IMG/VR virus record: IMGVR_UViG_3300028388_004387
Location: 1-55,462 of that record
Source of the DNA: a virus
Taxonomy: Duplodnaviria > Caudoviricetes
Length of the DNA: 55,462 bases
Strand: one strand, 5' to 3'
The notes below the pieces were generated by a model. It saw only the letters and a list, made by a program, of their open reading frames with translations. It made no database searches and had not been told where the DNA came from. Shown here piece after piece: positions 28,667 through 37,821 of this stretch. Made by a program: the position numbers and the translations under genes. The first letter of the stretch is position 1; every line of letters begins with the position of its first letter.

Positions 28667-29350
28667 ATGTTCAGAAAATTGTATAACCCGGATGCTCACG
28701 CAGACAACACGCTACAGATTTTGGATTCTGATAGCGGCTGCTGTGGGTCAGACGCTACTGCGTGCGCCTATACGGCTGACGATGTAGATGTCTCTACTGT
28801 GAACGGCATCATCTACATAGACGATGCTGGAGCAGAGCAAACCATTGCGTTTGCCGCTGCCGCAACCAGCTTGCCTGACTTGCGGAGAAAGCTTGCAACG
28901 GCGCTCAAAACTATCGGCTATGTCGAGGATGATGAGCGCAGTGTCCAAGCGCAAGCGAACGGCTCAAACTACGACCTTCAGGTTGTAAGTGAATTGGAGC
29001 TGCACGCTTTCACCACAACCGCTGCCGACGTGGACTTCACTAAGAAGTGTACAATGGTGCCAATTTGTAGCTACAAGGTCCTCTATGCAGGCGGTAGCAG
29101 CATCGACTTGACCGTAGACGGCTCCACTGTGGCGCTGAATACGGCCGCGTACGGAACAGCTGGAGCTACGGCTGCGCTGATTGCTGCGCTGGAAGGCGGA
29201 GGCTTTGCAGCTAAGTTTTGGAAAGTGGTTGAGAACGACACCCTGCAAAAGTGGGAAGTGTACGTGAAGGGCAACCCGAACAGCACCACAGTCGTTTACG
29301 ACGGAACAGCCGTCGAAAGATGCGACTGCTGGCAAGGATGGGAAGCGTAA
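28667..29350 (+). CDS. Putative virion structural/decoration protein
   Basis: 227 aa, beta-rich, A/T/D-rich, with SGCCGS and RCDCW; followed by a terminator. Confidence 0.55.
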   Translation: MFRKLYNPDAHADNTLQILDSDSGCCGSDATACAYTADDVDVSTVNGIIYIDDAGAEQTIAFAAAATSLPDLRRKLATALKTIGYVEDDERSVQAQANGSNYDLQVVSELELHAFTTTAADVDFTKKCTMVPICSYKVLYAGGSSIDLTVDGSTVALNTAAYGTAGATAALIAALEGGGFAAKFWKVVENDTLQKWEVYVKGNPNSTTVVYDGTAVERCDCWQGWEA

Positions 29351-29374
29351 TTGCTCCCTCAGATCTATCTTAAT

Positions 29375-29409
29375 GCGAGGAGCTGCATACCGTGGCTCTT
29401 CGCTATTTT
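29375..29409 (+). terminator. Probable intrinsic terminator
   Basis: GCGAGGAGC...GCTCTTCGC hairpin followed by TATTTT. Confidence 0.55.
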
Positions 29410-29422
29410 AAAACCATAATAT

Positions 29423-31567
29423 ATGCTCAATTATATCACTCCGGTTTTGATTGCGCTTGCACTGCACTTTAGCGCTGGGACGCCAACCGCGCCCGTCTTT
29501 GAAAGCGCTGACCCTCCAGTGCTTTTTTCCTGCTTAGATTGCGACAAAAGAATAGGACCAGATTGCGGTATTTGCGATAACCTAAACACCGCAATCGTTT
29601 TTAAAGGCATACGCTTCCAAGAGGTGTATGGTACAAGGAAAAAGGATGTCTTAATCAGGTATCCTTTTAGCATTTCATACAGCCTCACAAAGCTGACAGT
29701 CAAAAGCGCTTTTGGCGAGGAGTACAGTTTCAAAGTAACGCAAGCTTCTGGGTACAGCAACGTTCACGATATCATTGCTGCGATGTGTGCTTGTTTTGCT
29801 GTTGATGTGACACCAGGAGACTTTAGCTGCGAAGCTGCGCTGGGCTGTTCTTACATAGCTCCGCAGCGTGCAGGAGATACTTGGTATTGGATACAATATG
29901 ACACAACCAACACGCCTATAGACACAACTTCCGTCAACCCAATTCCGCACGTATTTGTCAGCCCAGAGCTGCACGCAGGAGTAGACACAACAGGGTATAG
30001 GCTTGATTGGATAGACGGTTACGACGGGGTTCAGACTTATTTGCTGCGTATCCCAGACCACGTATATGACGACAGAAGCGTATCGTGGAGCGAGACGGAC
30101 ACTTCTTTCACGATACTTACATGCACCACTCCAAGCCCAGAACGTACGAGAGAATGCGATACAATAACGATATCAAAGTATAGCATAAGCTGCACAGACA
30201 TTTGGGACCACATTACAATCATCCCCGAAGCAAACGGAGATTCAATTTATTACAAAGCATACTGCAACGGAGTCATCCAGGACACCACAGCCGTAGTACC
30301 CAGGAAGGCGCGCGAGTTGCCTAATCCCTGTGAAGCATTTTTGGAGTGCTTTAGCTTTGATACCATATGCGTAACCAACGAGCAAATCATCCTCGATACG
30401 ATGGTAAGCTGCACGCTTGAGGAGCGCTTTGATACAATCATTTCACCGCTCGACACAACCATAGTCTGCGATACCGTTTTAACGCTGTGCGACACCGTGC
30501 CATTTCCTATTGATACGATTATAAATTGCGATGATATAGCGGAGCCTGATAGTTGCGACTTTACAGCTTTTTGGTGCTGCAACACAATAAACCGCTTCCG
30601 CTTTTCAGACGACCAGGGAAGCACCTGGACAGAGCTGGCACCTCCCCTGGGGACAAACGGATGGGCAAACGCTTCGCAGCTTGGGGGCTTGCCGCCAGGT
30701 TACATTGCGTACAGAGACGCAACTCAAGGGCTATGCGAACAGATTGAGGTAATGGCTTTAGCGCTAAGCCCAATGAACAGAATTTACGAGTGCCTTGTTA
30801 CCGAGAACCCTTTTGGAGTAAGTGTAGCAGGCCGCATAAATTGCAATGCAGATTTATGGATTGACGCCCGATATGATGTTACTGCAAACTGCGATGACTG
30901 CTATGCACCCGGAGTGGGAGCTTGGTACGAGTTCATGCGCTTTGATAGCACGCGCCCGTTCTATCGCATAGAAACTATTTGTGACACCACAATCCTGTAC
31001 GATACGCTATTTGTAGGCTGCGACACCACCATTACCTGCGATACAACTATTTCGGGCGGAGACACCACGTTTGTGCCGCTGCCTGATACGCTTATCTGCG
31101 ACACCACAATAGTCAGCGACACGATTACCACTGGAGACGGGTGCTGGATAGTGCTTGTGGATAGCACAGGCATGCCTAAAGACACTATCGCTTGGCTTCC
31201 GAGCGGAGGAGGCGGAGGAGGCTTTACAACTTGTGAGCAAGTACGCGCATGCTTAAGCGTTGACACTGTTTGGCAAGACGGAGCGGAGCTGGTATTTGTA
31301 GAGGCCATACAGGGCGATACCATACGCCTAAACTTAAATACCATGCTTATTTCAGACGCTGCCTGGAGTACAGCCTGGGACGGGGATACAGCAGCAGCTA
31401 CAAAGAACGCAATTTATGACGGTGTGTGGCGCGACGTTTCTCATGGGATTTACAGCAATGACGCAGACGCGGCAGCAAACGGATGCCCTATAAATCAAAA
31501 CTATACTTTGAACAATGTAAATACCTACGGACTGCCTGCGGGTACTATTAAAAGACGAGTAAATTAA
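29423..31567 (+). CDS. Predicted secreted, Cys-rich fibre-like protein with 27 D(S/T)(A/I/L/V/M/T) sequons
   Basis: N-terminal hydrophobic stretch VLIALALHFSA; dense DT(T/I/V/L) motifs; fibre-type motifs WDGDTAAATKNAIYD and C-terminal YSNDADAAANG.P. Confidence 0.8.
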   Translation: MLNYITPVLIALALHFSAGTPTAPVFESADPPVLFSCLDCDKRIGPDCGICDNLNTAIVFKGIRFQEVYGTRKKDVLIRYPFSISYSLTKLTVKSAFGEEYSFKVTQASGYSNVHDIIAAMCACFAVDVTPGDFSCEAALGCSYIAPQRAGDTWYWIQYDTTNTPIDTTSVNPIPHVFVSPELHAGVDTTGYRLDWIDGYDGVQTYLLRIPDHVYDDRSVSWSETDTSFTILTCTTPSPERTRECDTITISKYSISCTDIWDHITIIPEANGDSIYYKAYCNGVIQDTTAVVPRKARELPNPCEAFLECFSFDTICVTNEQIILDTMVSCTLEERFDTIISPLDTTIVCDTVLTLCDTVPFPIDTIINCDDIAEPDSCDFTAFWCCNTINRFRFSDDQGSTWTELAPPLGTNGWANASQLGGLPPGYIAYRDATQGLCEQIEVMALALSPMNRIYECLVTENPFGVSVAGRINCNADLWIDARYDVTANCDDCYAPGVGAWYEFMRFDSTRPFYRIETICDTTILYDTLFVGCDTTITCDTTISGGDTTFVPLPDTLICDTTIVSDTITTGDGCWIVLVDSTGMPKDTIAWLPSGGGGGGFTTCEQVRACLSVDTVWQDGAELVFVEAIQGDTIRLNLNTMLISDAAWSTAWDGDTAAATKNAIYDGVWRDVSHGIYSNDADAAANGCPINQNYTLNNVNTYGLPAGTIKRRVN

Positions 31568-31572
31568 AGAGA

Positions 31573-34500
31573 ATGAAAAATGTAGTGTTTTCGGTTTTCT
31601 TAGCAGTTTTAAGCGCAGCGCTGTTCATCCCGGATAGTGCTGCGCAAACTGTTATTGAAGGAGGCGCTGGCGTTGTGCATGTCAGCAGCGACCCAGACTC
31701 AGATGCAGCTTTGCAAACACAAAGCCCAGACGAAGCTTTGTTGGCTATTGATAACAACGGCGGAAGCTTGTATGTTTATGACAGCTTGGCAGCTATTACG
31801 TTGCGCTGGCTTAAGCTTAACGAAGGAGTAGATTGGATAGGCACTTTCGACGGGCAAGAGGGAAGCTATTACCTTGACTATAACAACCTCACAAACCTCC
31901 CCAGCATTCCAACCGTAGACGGCACAGCCTTTGGCCCTTCATGGGATGCTAACGGCGACGCAGCGACAAAGGATGCTATCTACGATGAATTGAGCAATGT
32001 AGGCCTTGACAATTTTGACACTGATGTCGGCCAGCTGTTCGGAATTGTAAGAGGAATTTACCTTGACGACCCGGACGAATGGATTACTTCAGACGGGACT
32101 ACTGTTACGTTGAACATAGAAGCCACGGGAGGCGGCGACATAAGGATGCTATTTAGCGATGGCGTTTTCACATTAGATGCAACTCCAACAGCTACGATTG
32201 CTCTTACAGCAGGGAGCGATGTATCGCCTACTTTGAACTACATCTACATACCGCAATCCACAAAGGTTTTGACTGTTTCAACAACCGGGTGGCCTTCCAC
32301 TGAATATATCGCAGTTGGAACGGCTCTTGTACAAAGTGCTGCGTCGGTTCAAACGGATGGGGTTTACAAGTTTCATCAGTGGAGCGACCACGCTTATAAA
32401 GCCTCGAATAATACAGGCCATTTAGCTCACTTGAACTATTGGATAAGACAACAAGCGGCAACATGGACCAGCGGAGTTGCTTTGACTCCAACGGCTGGAG
32501 TTGGACAATTAGATATAACCACGACAAGCGGTAATATCTTGCAGCTTCATCCTCATGCCTTCCCTGCTTTCACGACAGTTGGAGCAACGGATGATATCTA
32601 CGTAATAAACGACCCTGATGCAGCCTATACAAAAGTAGGAGGATTAACCCAGGCAGAGGGAGTTGATAAAGACTTGAATGGAACCCTTCTTGGGGACCCC
32701 GCAACAGACTTTTATAACCTGGTATTATGGGGCGTTGTTTCGGAGGATTTGACTGACTGTAAATTGATGTTGAACTTGCCAGATGGAGCCTACGCAAATG
32801 ACAATGACCAACAGGCTACCCTTGACAGGGAAAACACAGCAGCCTACGACATCCCGATGGAATATGTAGGAACAGGGTTCCTTATTGCACGCTTAACCAT
32901 CCAGGAAAATGCTGGGACCTATACAGTTGTCAACAACGAAGATTTGAGAGGCTTATTTCCTTCAACTGCTGCTGGAGACGGTACAGGCTTAGGGCAAGGA
33001 AGTGAGTTCGCCGACAATGCGTTTAGGATACATGACGAGGCTGACATATCCAAGGAGGTAGAATTTCAACTTAACGGAGTGACTACATCCACGCTCAGAA
33101 CATTGACTGTTCCGGATGCAAGCGGTACTATCGCCCTAACGTCCGACGTATTTACTCCAAGCACATTGTTGGCTGACTACGGATTCACAGATAATTCCTC
33201 AAATTGGAATACAGCATTTGGGTGGGGCGACCATGCACTTGCAGGCTACCTGACGGATGCTCCAAGCGACGGTTCAGAGTATGTCAGGCTAAACGGAGCG
33301 TGGGCAGTAGCAAGTGGAGGCGGAGGAGGCGGTCCCACATTTGGAACAGACAACCAAATTCCGTACACCAATGCAGGTGGAACGGATTATGATTATTCAG
33401 CCAATTTCACATATGATGGAGCAGGATTATATGTGGGCGGAACAGATGTGGCACTTGATGCAACGGCCAATATAAAAAGCAGCGACGCCAAAAGCTTGAA
33501 AATAATGAACACGGCAACCTCAGGTTCGAGCGCCGGCGCCGGCATTGTCGCAATGTCAGATGATGGAAGCGCGAATGTTGCTGGTGACCGTCTTGGGTTC
33601 TTTTTGTTTGGGGGAAATAATGGGTTAGCAATAAGAAATGCAGCAGGTATTGTCGGATATTCTCAAAGCACATGGAACGGGAGCAATCAGGAAGCTAAAC
33701 TTGTAATTGAAACAAGTCCACCAAATGTGGGCAATGTGCGCGAAGAAGTAGCGGAATTTGATTACACCGGGCTAACAATGGGAACAGGCAACAAGATTGT
33801 CATTGATGGATTGACATTGGAGGATGGGAGTATTTACACAACAGCCGGCGACCTGTTTATTCAAAGTGCAACGGGGAACATGGAGTTGGGCAATATTAGG
33901 TTTGATTCATATCAAACATTAGGAGCGGCACAGCAAGATTTTGTATTCGATTATGATAATGTCAGCGGCATAGCAGCATTTAGAGAATTTGATGGAGACC
34001 ATGCTGACATCGACTACACACCAACGTTTTATACACCCACAACAGCTCCAGCAGAAGCAGCAGACGCTGACGACCTTGCCGCGCACCTTGCGGGTGTTAA
34101 TGCAGCTATTGGAGGGCTGACACCCGAAAACGATGCTTTTGATGCAACATGGGACGGGGACCTTGATGCAGCAACGAAGAACGTGATTTACGACTATGTA
34201 AGCACGCTGATTGCGGAGCTGAAAGACGACCCAACACCCGAGCTGGCTGCTAATTTGATAATGAACGGAACGGCATTTGTTGACACTGTTACGCTCGGGG
34301 AAAATGCCTCCGCAAGAGACTTGCTTACGCTCGACACTGACCTTACTGATGGCAACTATTACCTAACGGACTGCGACGACGTTTCAAGGAGTACAGGGCA
34401 CCTGGTTTTAGCACTGGAAGCTGGGCTGGCAACGGAGCAAATTCAAGTGGCGATATTGGGTAAGGTTCCCGGTTTTACTGCGTTAAGCCAAAAGCCCTAC

Positions 34501-34647
34501 TATATCAGCGCAACTCCAGGCGCAATTACAGACACTGCACCCAGCACCGAAGGACAGGTTGCTCGCATAGTAGGGCAAGGGACAGACACAAATACAATTT
34601 TTAACTTTCAACCAGCAAGTTCATGGGCTATCGTTCAAACACCTTAG
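31573..34647 (+). CDS. Fibre-like protein (1024 aa) with Sec signal peptide
   Basis: MKNVVFSVFLAVLSAALFIPDSAA|Q; phage-fibre motifs RTLTVPDASGTIALTSD, WNTAFGWGDHA.AGYL, DAPSDG..YVR..GAW; C-terminal DUF2190-like cement domain (YYISATPGAIT.TAP). Confidence 0.85.
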   Translation: MKNVVFSVFLAVLSAALFIPDSAAQTVIEGGAGVVHVSSDPDSDAALQTQSPDEALLAIDNNGGSLYVYDSLAAITLRWLKLNEGVDWIGTFDGQEGSYYLDYNNLTNLPSIPTVDGTAFGPSWDANGDAATKDAIYDELSNVGLDNFDTDVGQLFGIVRGIYLDDPDEWITSDGTTVTLNIEATGGGDIRMLFSDGVFTLDATPTATIALTAGSDVSPTLNYIYIPQSTKVLTVSTTGWPSTEYIAVGTALVQSAASVQTDGVYKFHQWSDHAYKASNNTGHLAHLNYWIRQQAATWTSGVALTPTAGVGQLDITTTSGNILQLHPHAFPAFTTVGATDDIYVINDPDAAYTKVGGLTQAEGVDKDLNGTLLGDPATDFYNLVLWGVVSEDLTDCKLMLNLPDGAYANDNDQQATLDRENTAAYDIPMEYVGTGFLIARLTIQENAGTYTVVNNEDLRGLFPSTAAGDGTGLGQGSEFADNAFRIHDEADISKEVEFQLNGVTTSTLRTLTVPDASGTIALTSDVFTPSTLLADYGFTDNSSNWNTAFGWGDHALAGYLTDAPSDGSEYVRLNGAWAVASGGGGGGPTFGTDNQIPYTNAGGTDYDYSANFTYDGAGLYVGGTDVALDATANIKSSDAKSLKIMNTATSGSSAGAGIVAMSDDGSANVAGDRLGFFLFGGNNGLAIRNAAGIVGYSQSTWNGSNQEAKLVIETSPPNVGNVREEVAEFDYTGLTMGTGNKIVIDGLTLEDGSIYTTAGDLFIQSATGNMELGNIRFDSYQTLGAAQQDFVFDYDNVSGIAAFREFDGDHADIDYTPTFYTPTTAPAEAADADDLAAHLAGVNAAIGGLTPENDAFDATWDGDLDAATKNVIYDYVSTLIAELKDDPTPELAANLIMNGTAFVDTVTLGENASARDLLTLDTDLTDGNYYLTDCDDVSRSTGHLVLALEAGLATEQIQVAILGKVPGFTALSQKPYYISATPGAITDTAPSTEGQVARIVGQGTDTNTIFNFQPASSWAIVQTP

Positions 34648-36125
34648 CGTTACTTTTTGCGCTGTGCTTAGTCGCACTGCAAGGAGCAAGCCAGGCGCAT
34701 ATGATAATCAGAGGTAACAGCACCTTGACGGATTCAATACCGGATAGCGGCGACACGCTCAACCTTAAATGGCCGGATGCTGACACTTTGGTTGGTACTG
34801 CTATTCGTTACATAGCAGCAGATGGCTCGTTTGTTTTTGATAGCGCAGGGCGATACCATGTGCAGTACACTGAAAAGCTAACAACATCCTCTACAAATAC
34901 CGCCTACCCTGTTGAACCTAAAATTGGAATTTGGCATTCAGGCCACCAATATTTTTATGGCAGAAAAACACATTGGATAAGCAAGCAGACAAGCAGCAAT
35001 TCAGCTCAAATAACCAACGCAGCGTTGATTGATGCAGCAATAGGCGATACGGTTAGGATTATAGTCGAACGAGTAGATGCAGTTGTTCAGAACGGGGAAA
35101 AGCCTGTGCGCGCAGCAGAAGAAAGCAGCGTTGTCATTTTCAAATTTCCTAACCATTGGGAATGGGCAAGCTATTTCAAAACATCAGCCCAAGCAATAGG
35201 CACCGGAATCAATGCAATCAACTACATAACCCTTGATTCAACCGCACAGGAAGGTACGCCATTCACTTTAGAGGCAAACGGATATGATGTGACAAGCGGA
35301 ACAGCTAATCATATTCTTGCTTACTTTAGTATGAGCGCAAACGGAACCGGAGCAACTGCGGACTATAACATTCAAACCCGGAACAGATTCGCAGGTAACA
35401 CCAATACATACAGGCCGTGGCTGGACAACAAATATTCAAGTTCGTCAGTGCAAAAATTATCCTTTGGGGCGTCGGGTATTTGGCCGGCATCAGTTAGTGA
35501 AACATTTGCAATGCAAACGGTAAACAGGAATGCGACGTATGGCTCAACAAATATCAATACATACGAACTACAAATGATTGAATTACCGTCTACTTCAGAA
35601 GTATTTCATGTGCGTGGCGGTAGCAACCCACAAAACGGATTGGACCAAGACTTCCTTTGGACACAAGTTTTTGAAATAGATGCGCTAACATACGACCAAC
35701 CAAACGACACATTGATAACCATTGAAAAGGCGGGGACCTATTTGTTTTTTGGTGGTTCACAGATTGGCGGAAGCGGAGGTGCTGCATATACTATACCGCG
35801 ACACCAAATAACTATTGACAATACAGTAGATACACGCTTTGGCAGCTCGGACTTCATTAGGGGTGGCTCAACGCTTGACCACATGACGACACAGTTCTCG
35901 GCGATTGTGCCGGGCATAACAGTAGGCACGGAATTAAGGTACCAAGCCAACCGGCTGGGTGCGTCGGGCGGCGGCAATTCAAACGGTGATGTTTTTCAAG
36001 GTATCAACCTAACCACCATACTTGGCAGCCCAGCAGCGCCTTCAAGCGCCTTAGGTATAAACGGAGTAGACGCTTCCACAGTAAACGGCGTCAATTATAG
36101 TTCATTTATAGGTATATCAAAGTAA
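34623..36125 (+). CDS. Predicted secreted beta-sandwich (C1q/TNF-like repeat) protein, receptor-binding candidate
   Basis: Signal-like LALLFALCLVALQGA|SQ; repeated F.F..AG.Y.V / I.I.KAGTYLF strands; C-terminal INGV....VNGV motif. Confidence 0.7.
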   Translation: MGYRSNTLALLFALCLVALQGASQAHMIIRGNSTLTDSIPDSGDTLNLKWPDADTLVGTAIRYIAADGSFVFDSAGRYHVQYTEKLTTSSTNTAYPVEPKIGIWHSGHQYFYGRKTHWISKQTSSNSAQITNAALIDAAIGDTVRIIVERVDAVVQNGEKPVRAAEESSVVIFKFPNHWEWASYFKTSAQAIGTGINAINYITLDSTAQEGTPFTLEANGYDVTSGTANHILAYFSMSANGTGATADYNIQTRNRFAGNTNTYRPWLDNKYSSSSVQKLSFGASGIWPASVSETFAMQTVNRNATYGSTNINTYELQMIELPSTSEVFHVRGGSNPQNGLDQDFLWTQVFEIDALTYDQPNDTLITIEKAGTYLFFGGSQIGGSGGAAYTIPRHQITIDNTVDTRFGSSDFIRGGSTLDHMTTQFSAIVPGITVGTELRYQANRLGASGGGNSNGDVFQGINLTTILGSPAAPSSALGINGVDASTVNGVNYSSFIGISK

Positions 36126-36130
36126 AAGAT

Positions 36131-36505
36131 ATGAAACACTTGTTGCTCTTTTTTATGCTTGCTTGTGCAGTAGCTTGCAAGCCAGCAAGCGAATCGCTCC
36201 AGCTCGATACAGTGCAGCCAGCCTTGCAAAGCGCACCTGCTTACAGTATTGGGCAGCTTGTAGAGATGAGGACGTACAGCGAGGCAAGAGGGCAAAAGGT
36301 TGCAGACGCAGACGGTAATGTAAGCTTTGGCGGGCTGGTTTTCAACATAGATATGATTCAGTATGCAGGCGATACAATGCGCGTGTCAAACGTCATTACA
36401 GAAATGCCGGGCCTAGACCCTTTGCTTTTGCCTTTGTACGAAATGGAAACGGATAACCAGGAGTGGCTTTGGCCTGAGGTTTTTATCAAAAAGAAAGCCA
36501 GGTAA
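36131..36505 (+). CDS. Predicted lipoprotein
   Basis: MKHLLLFFMLACAVA|C lipobox-type signal peptide. Confidence 0.7.
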   Translation: MKHLLLFFMLACAVACKPASESLQLDTVQPALQSAPAYSIGQLVEMRTYSEARGQKVADADGNVSFGGLVFNIDMIQYAGDTMRVSNVITEMPGLDPLLLPLYEMETDNQEWLWPEVFIKKKAR

Positions 36506-36566
36506 ATTTATTAGGGAAGCAGCAGAATTGCTTTTCCGTAAAAGCGGTTTTTAATTAAATTGCAGC

Positions 36567-36836
36567 ATGGACATAATGCAGCTGATTAAACTGGTGAATG
36601 ATTACGGCACACTGCCCGTCTTGGTGTTTGTGTGCTATATTTGTTATAAGATGTTCGTCAGCGAAAGAGCAAAAGCAGACAAGTGCGCAGAAAGAAGATT
36701 TGAGGACATCAAAGAACACACGGACGACACTAAGGCTTTACTGCAAACAACTCTTAAAGCTATCGGCGAAATGCAGCAAGCAAGCAAGCAGGTAGCTGAA
36801 GCGTGCAAAGAGATTAAAGACATTCTGACAAAATGA
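36567..36836 (+). CDS. Single-TM plus coiled-coil protein (holin-like candidate)
   Basis: YGTLPVLVFVCYICY TM segment followed by a charged helix. Confidence 0.55.
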   Translation: MDIMQLIKLVNDYGTLPVLVFVCYICYKMFVSERAKADKCAERRFEDIKEHTDDTKALLQTTLKAIGEMQQASKQVAEACKEIKDILTK

Positions 36837-37201
36837 TTAGAGCGATTTTAAGTCACTTACGGAACGACTATGCTACAGAAATCACGTGGGAAGAAATGCT
36901 AAGCATTAGCAGAACAGAATGGACACAGGTAAGTGAAGGATGCAAGGGCATACGAGTAAGAATGCCCGCTCCAAAAATTATGAGCTTTATCATTAAAATG
37001 GAACCGGGCTCGCATATACCCAATCATTGGCACGAAAAAGTGAAAGAATATTTTACGCTGCTGGAAGGAGATTGCTTTAGCAATATTTACCGGGACATGG
37101 AGACAGGTACTGCATACAAAGTGCATCCAGGTGTAGAGCATAACTTTAGCACAGAAAACGGGTGCTTGCTGCAAATGACTGCGGTACGGGTAGGGAAATA
37201 G
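36833..37201 (+). CDS. Cupin-domain protein
   Basis: PGSHIPNHWH...EYFTLLEG and VHPGVEHNF cupin metal-binding motifs. Confidence 0.8.
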   Translation: MIRAILSHLRNDYATEITWEEMLSISRTEWTQVSEGCKGIRVRMPAPKIMSFIIKMEPGSHIPNHWHEKVKEYFTLLEGDCFSNIYRDMETGTAYKVHPGVEHNFSTENGCLLQMTAVRVGK

Positions 37202-37257
37202 TTGTAGAACACCATGTAAGCCGCTATATTTAACGTCAATCAAAATCATAAAGCTTT

Positions 37258-37743
37258 ATGGAAACCCTAATGAAAATTATCGTACGAACGTTTTTCATGT
37301 TCTACGGAGACAAGCTGAAAGGCGACCGTACTGCGCTTGTAGGAGTGCTGACGGGTATTTTGGCGCTTTGGACAATGATACAAGGCGAGGGACTTTTTCA
37401 AGCGCTGTGCGACTTGGCTGCAAAGATTCCCTTCTTTAGCAAGTTCTGCGACATTGAGTCCACCGTCTATTACAGCATTATGCTGGCGCTGGTAGCAGGC
37501 GTAACAACTGCGCTGAAGTATCTGGACACAAACGAAATGGGCAAGCAGAGGATGATGTCAAGCGGATACACAGAGGGCAATTTTGCTCGGCTCGAAATTT
37601 ATGCCATTGCAGCAGCGCTTATTGTAGTGGCAGCAGTAGTAGTAGGTATATGGAAGATGGGCTTTGCTGCGCTGCTGTTTGGCCTCATTCCTATTTGGCT
37701 ATTGACAAACATATTGGGAGCGATTAAAGCCGCTACCAAGTAA
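37258..37743 (+). CDS. Multi-pass membrane protein (holin candidate)
   Basis: About four hydrophobic segments; LKGDRTALVGVL resembles the LKG.KT start seen in small phage holins. Confidence 0.55.
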   Translation: METLMKIIVRTFFMFYGDKLKGDRTALVGVLTGILALWTMIQGEGLFQALCDLAAKIPFFSKFCDIESTVYYSIMLALVAGVTTALKYLDTNEMGKQRMMSSGYTEGNFARLEIYAIAAALIVVAAVVVGIWKMGFAALLFGLIPIWLLTNILGAIKAATK

Positions 37744-37772
37744 GAAGCTTCATTTCGCATCGTTTGCTTTTA

Positions 37773-37803
37773 GGTGGGTGTCGCATAGGCGCCCACTTTT
37801 TTT
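37773..37803 (+). terminator. Intrinsic terminator
   Basis: GTGGGTGTC-GCATA-GGCGCCCAC followed by a T-run, directly before cassette copy 4. Confidence 0.8.
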
Positions 37804-37821
37804 GTGACTTTTTTGCAGAAA

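Noticed and set aside
14941-36125. Diversity-generating retroelement or invertase-shuffled fibre cassettes
   Set aside because: No reverse transcriptase or recombinase ORF, and no template/variable repeat pair or inverted crossover sites were noticed.
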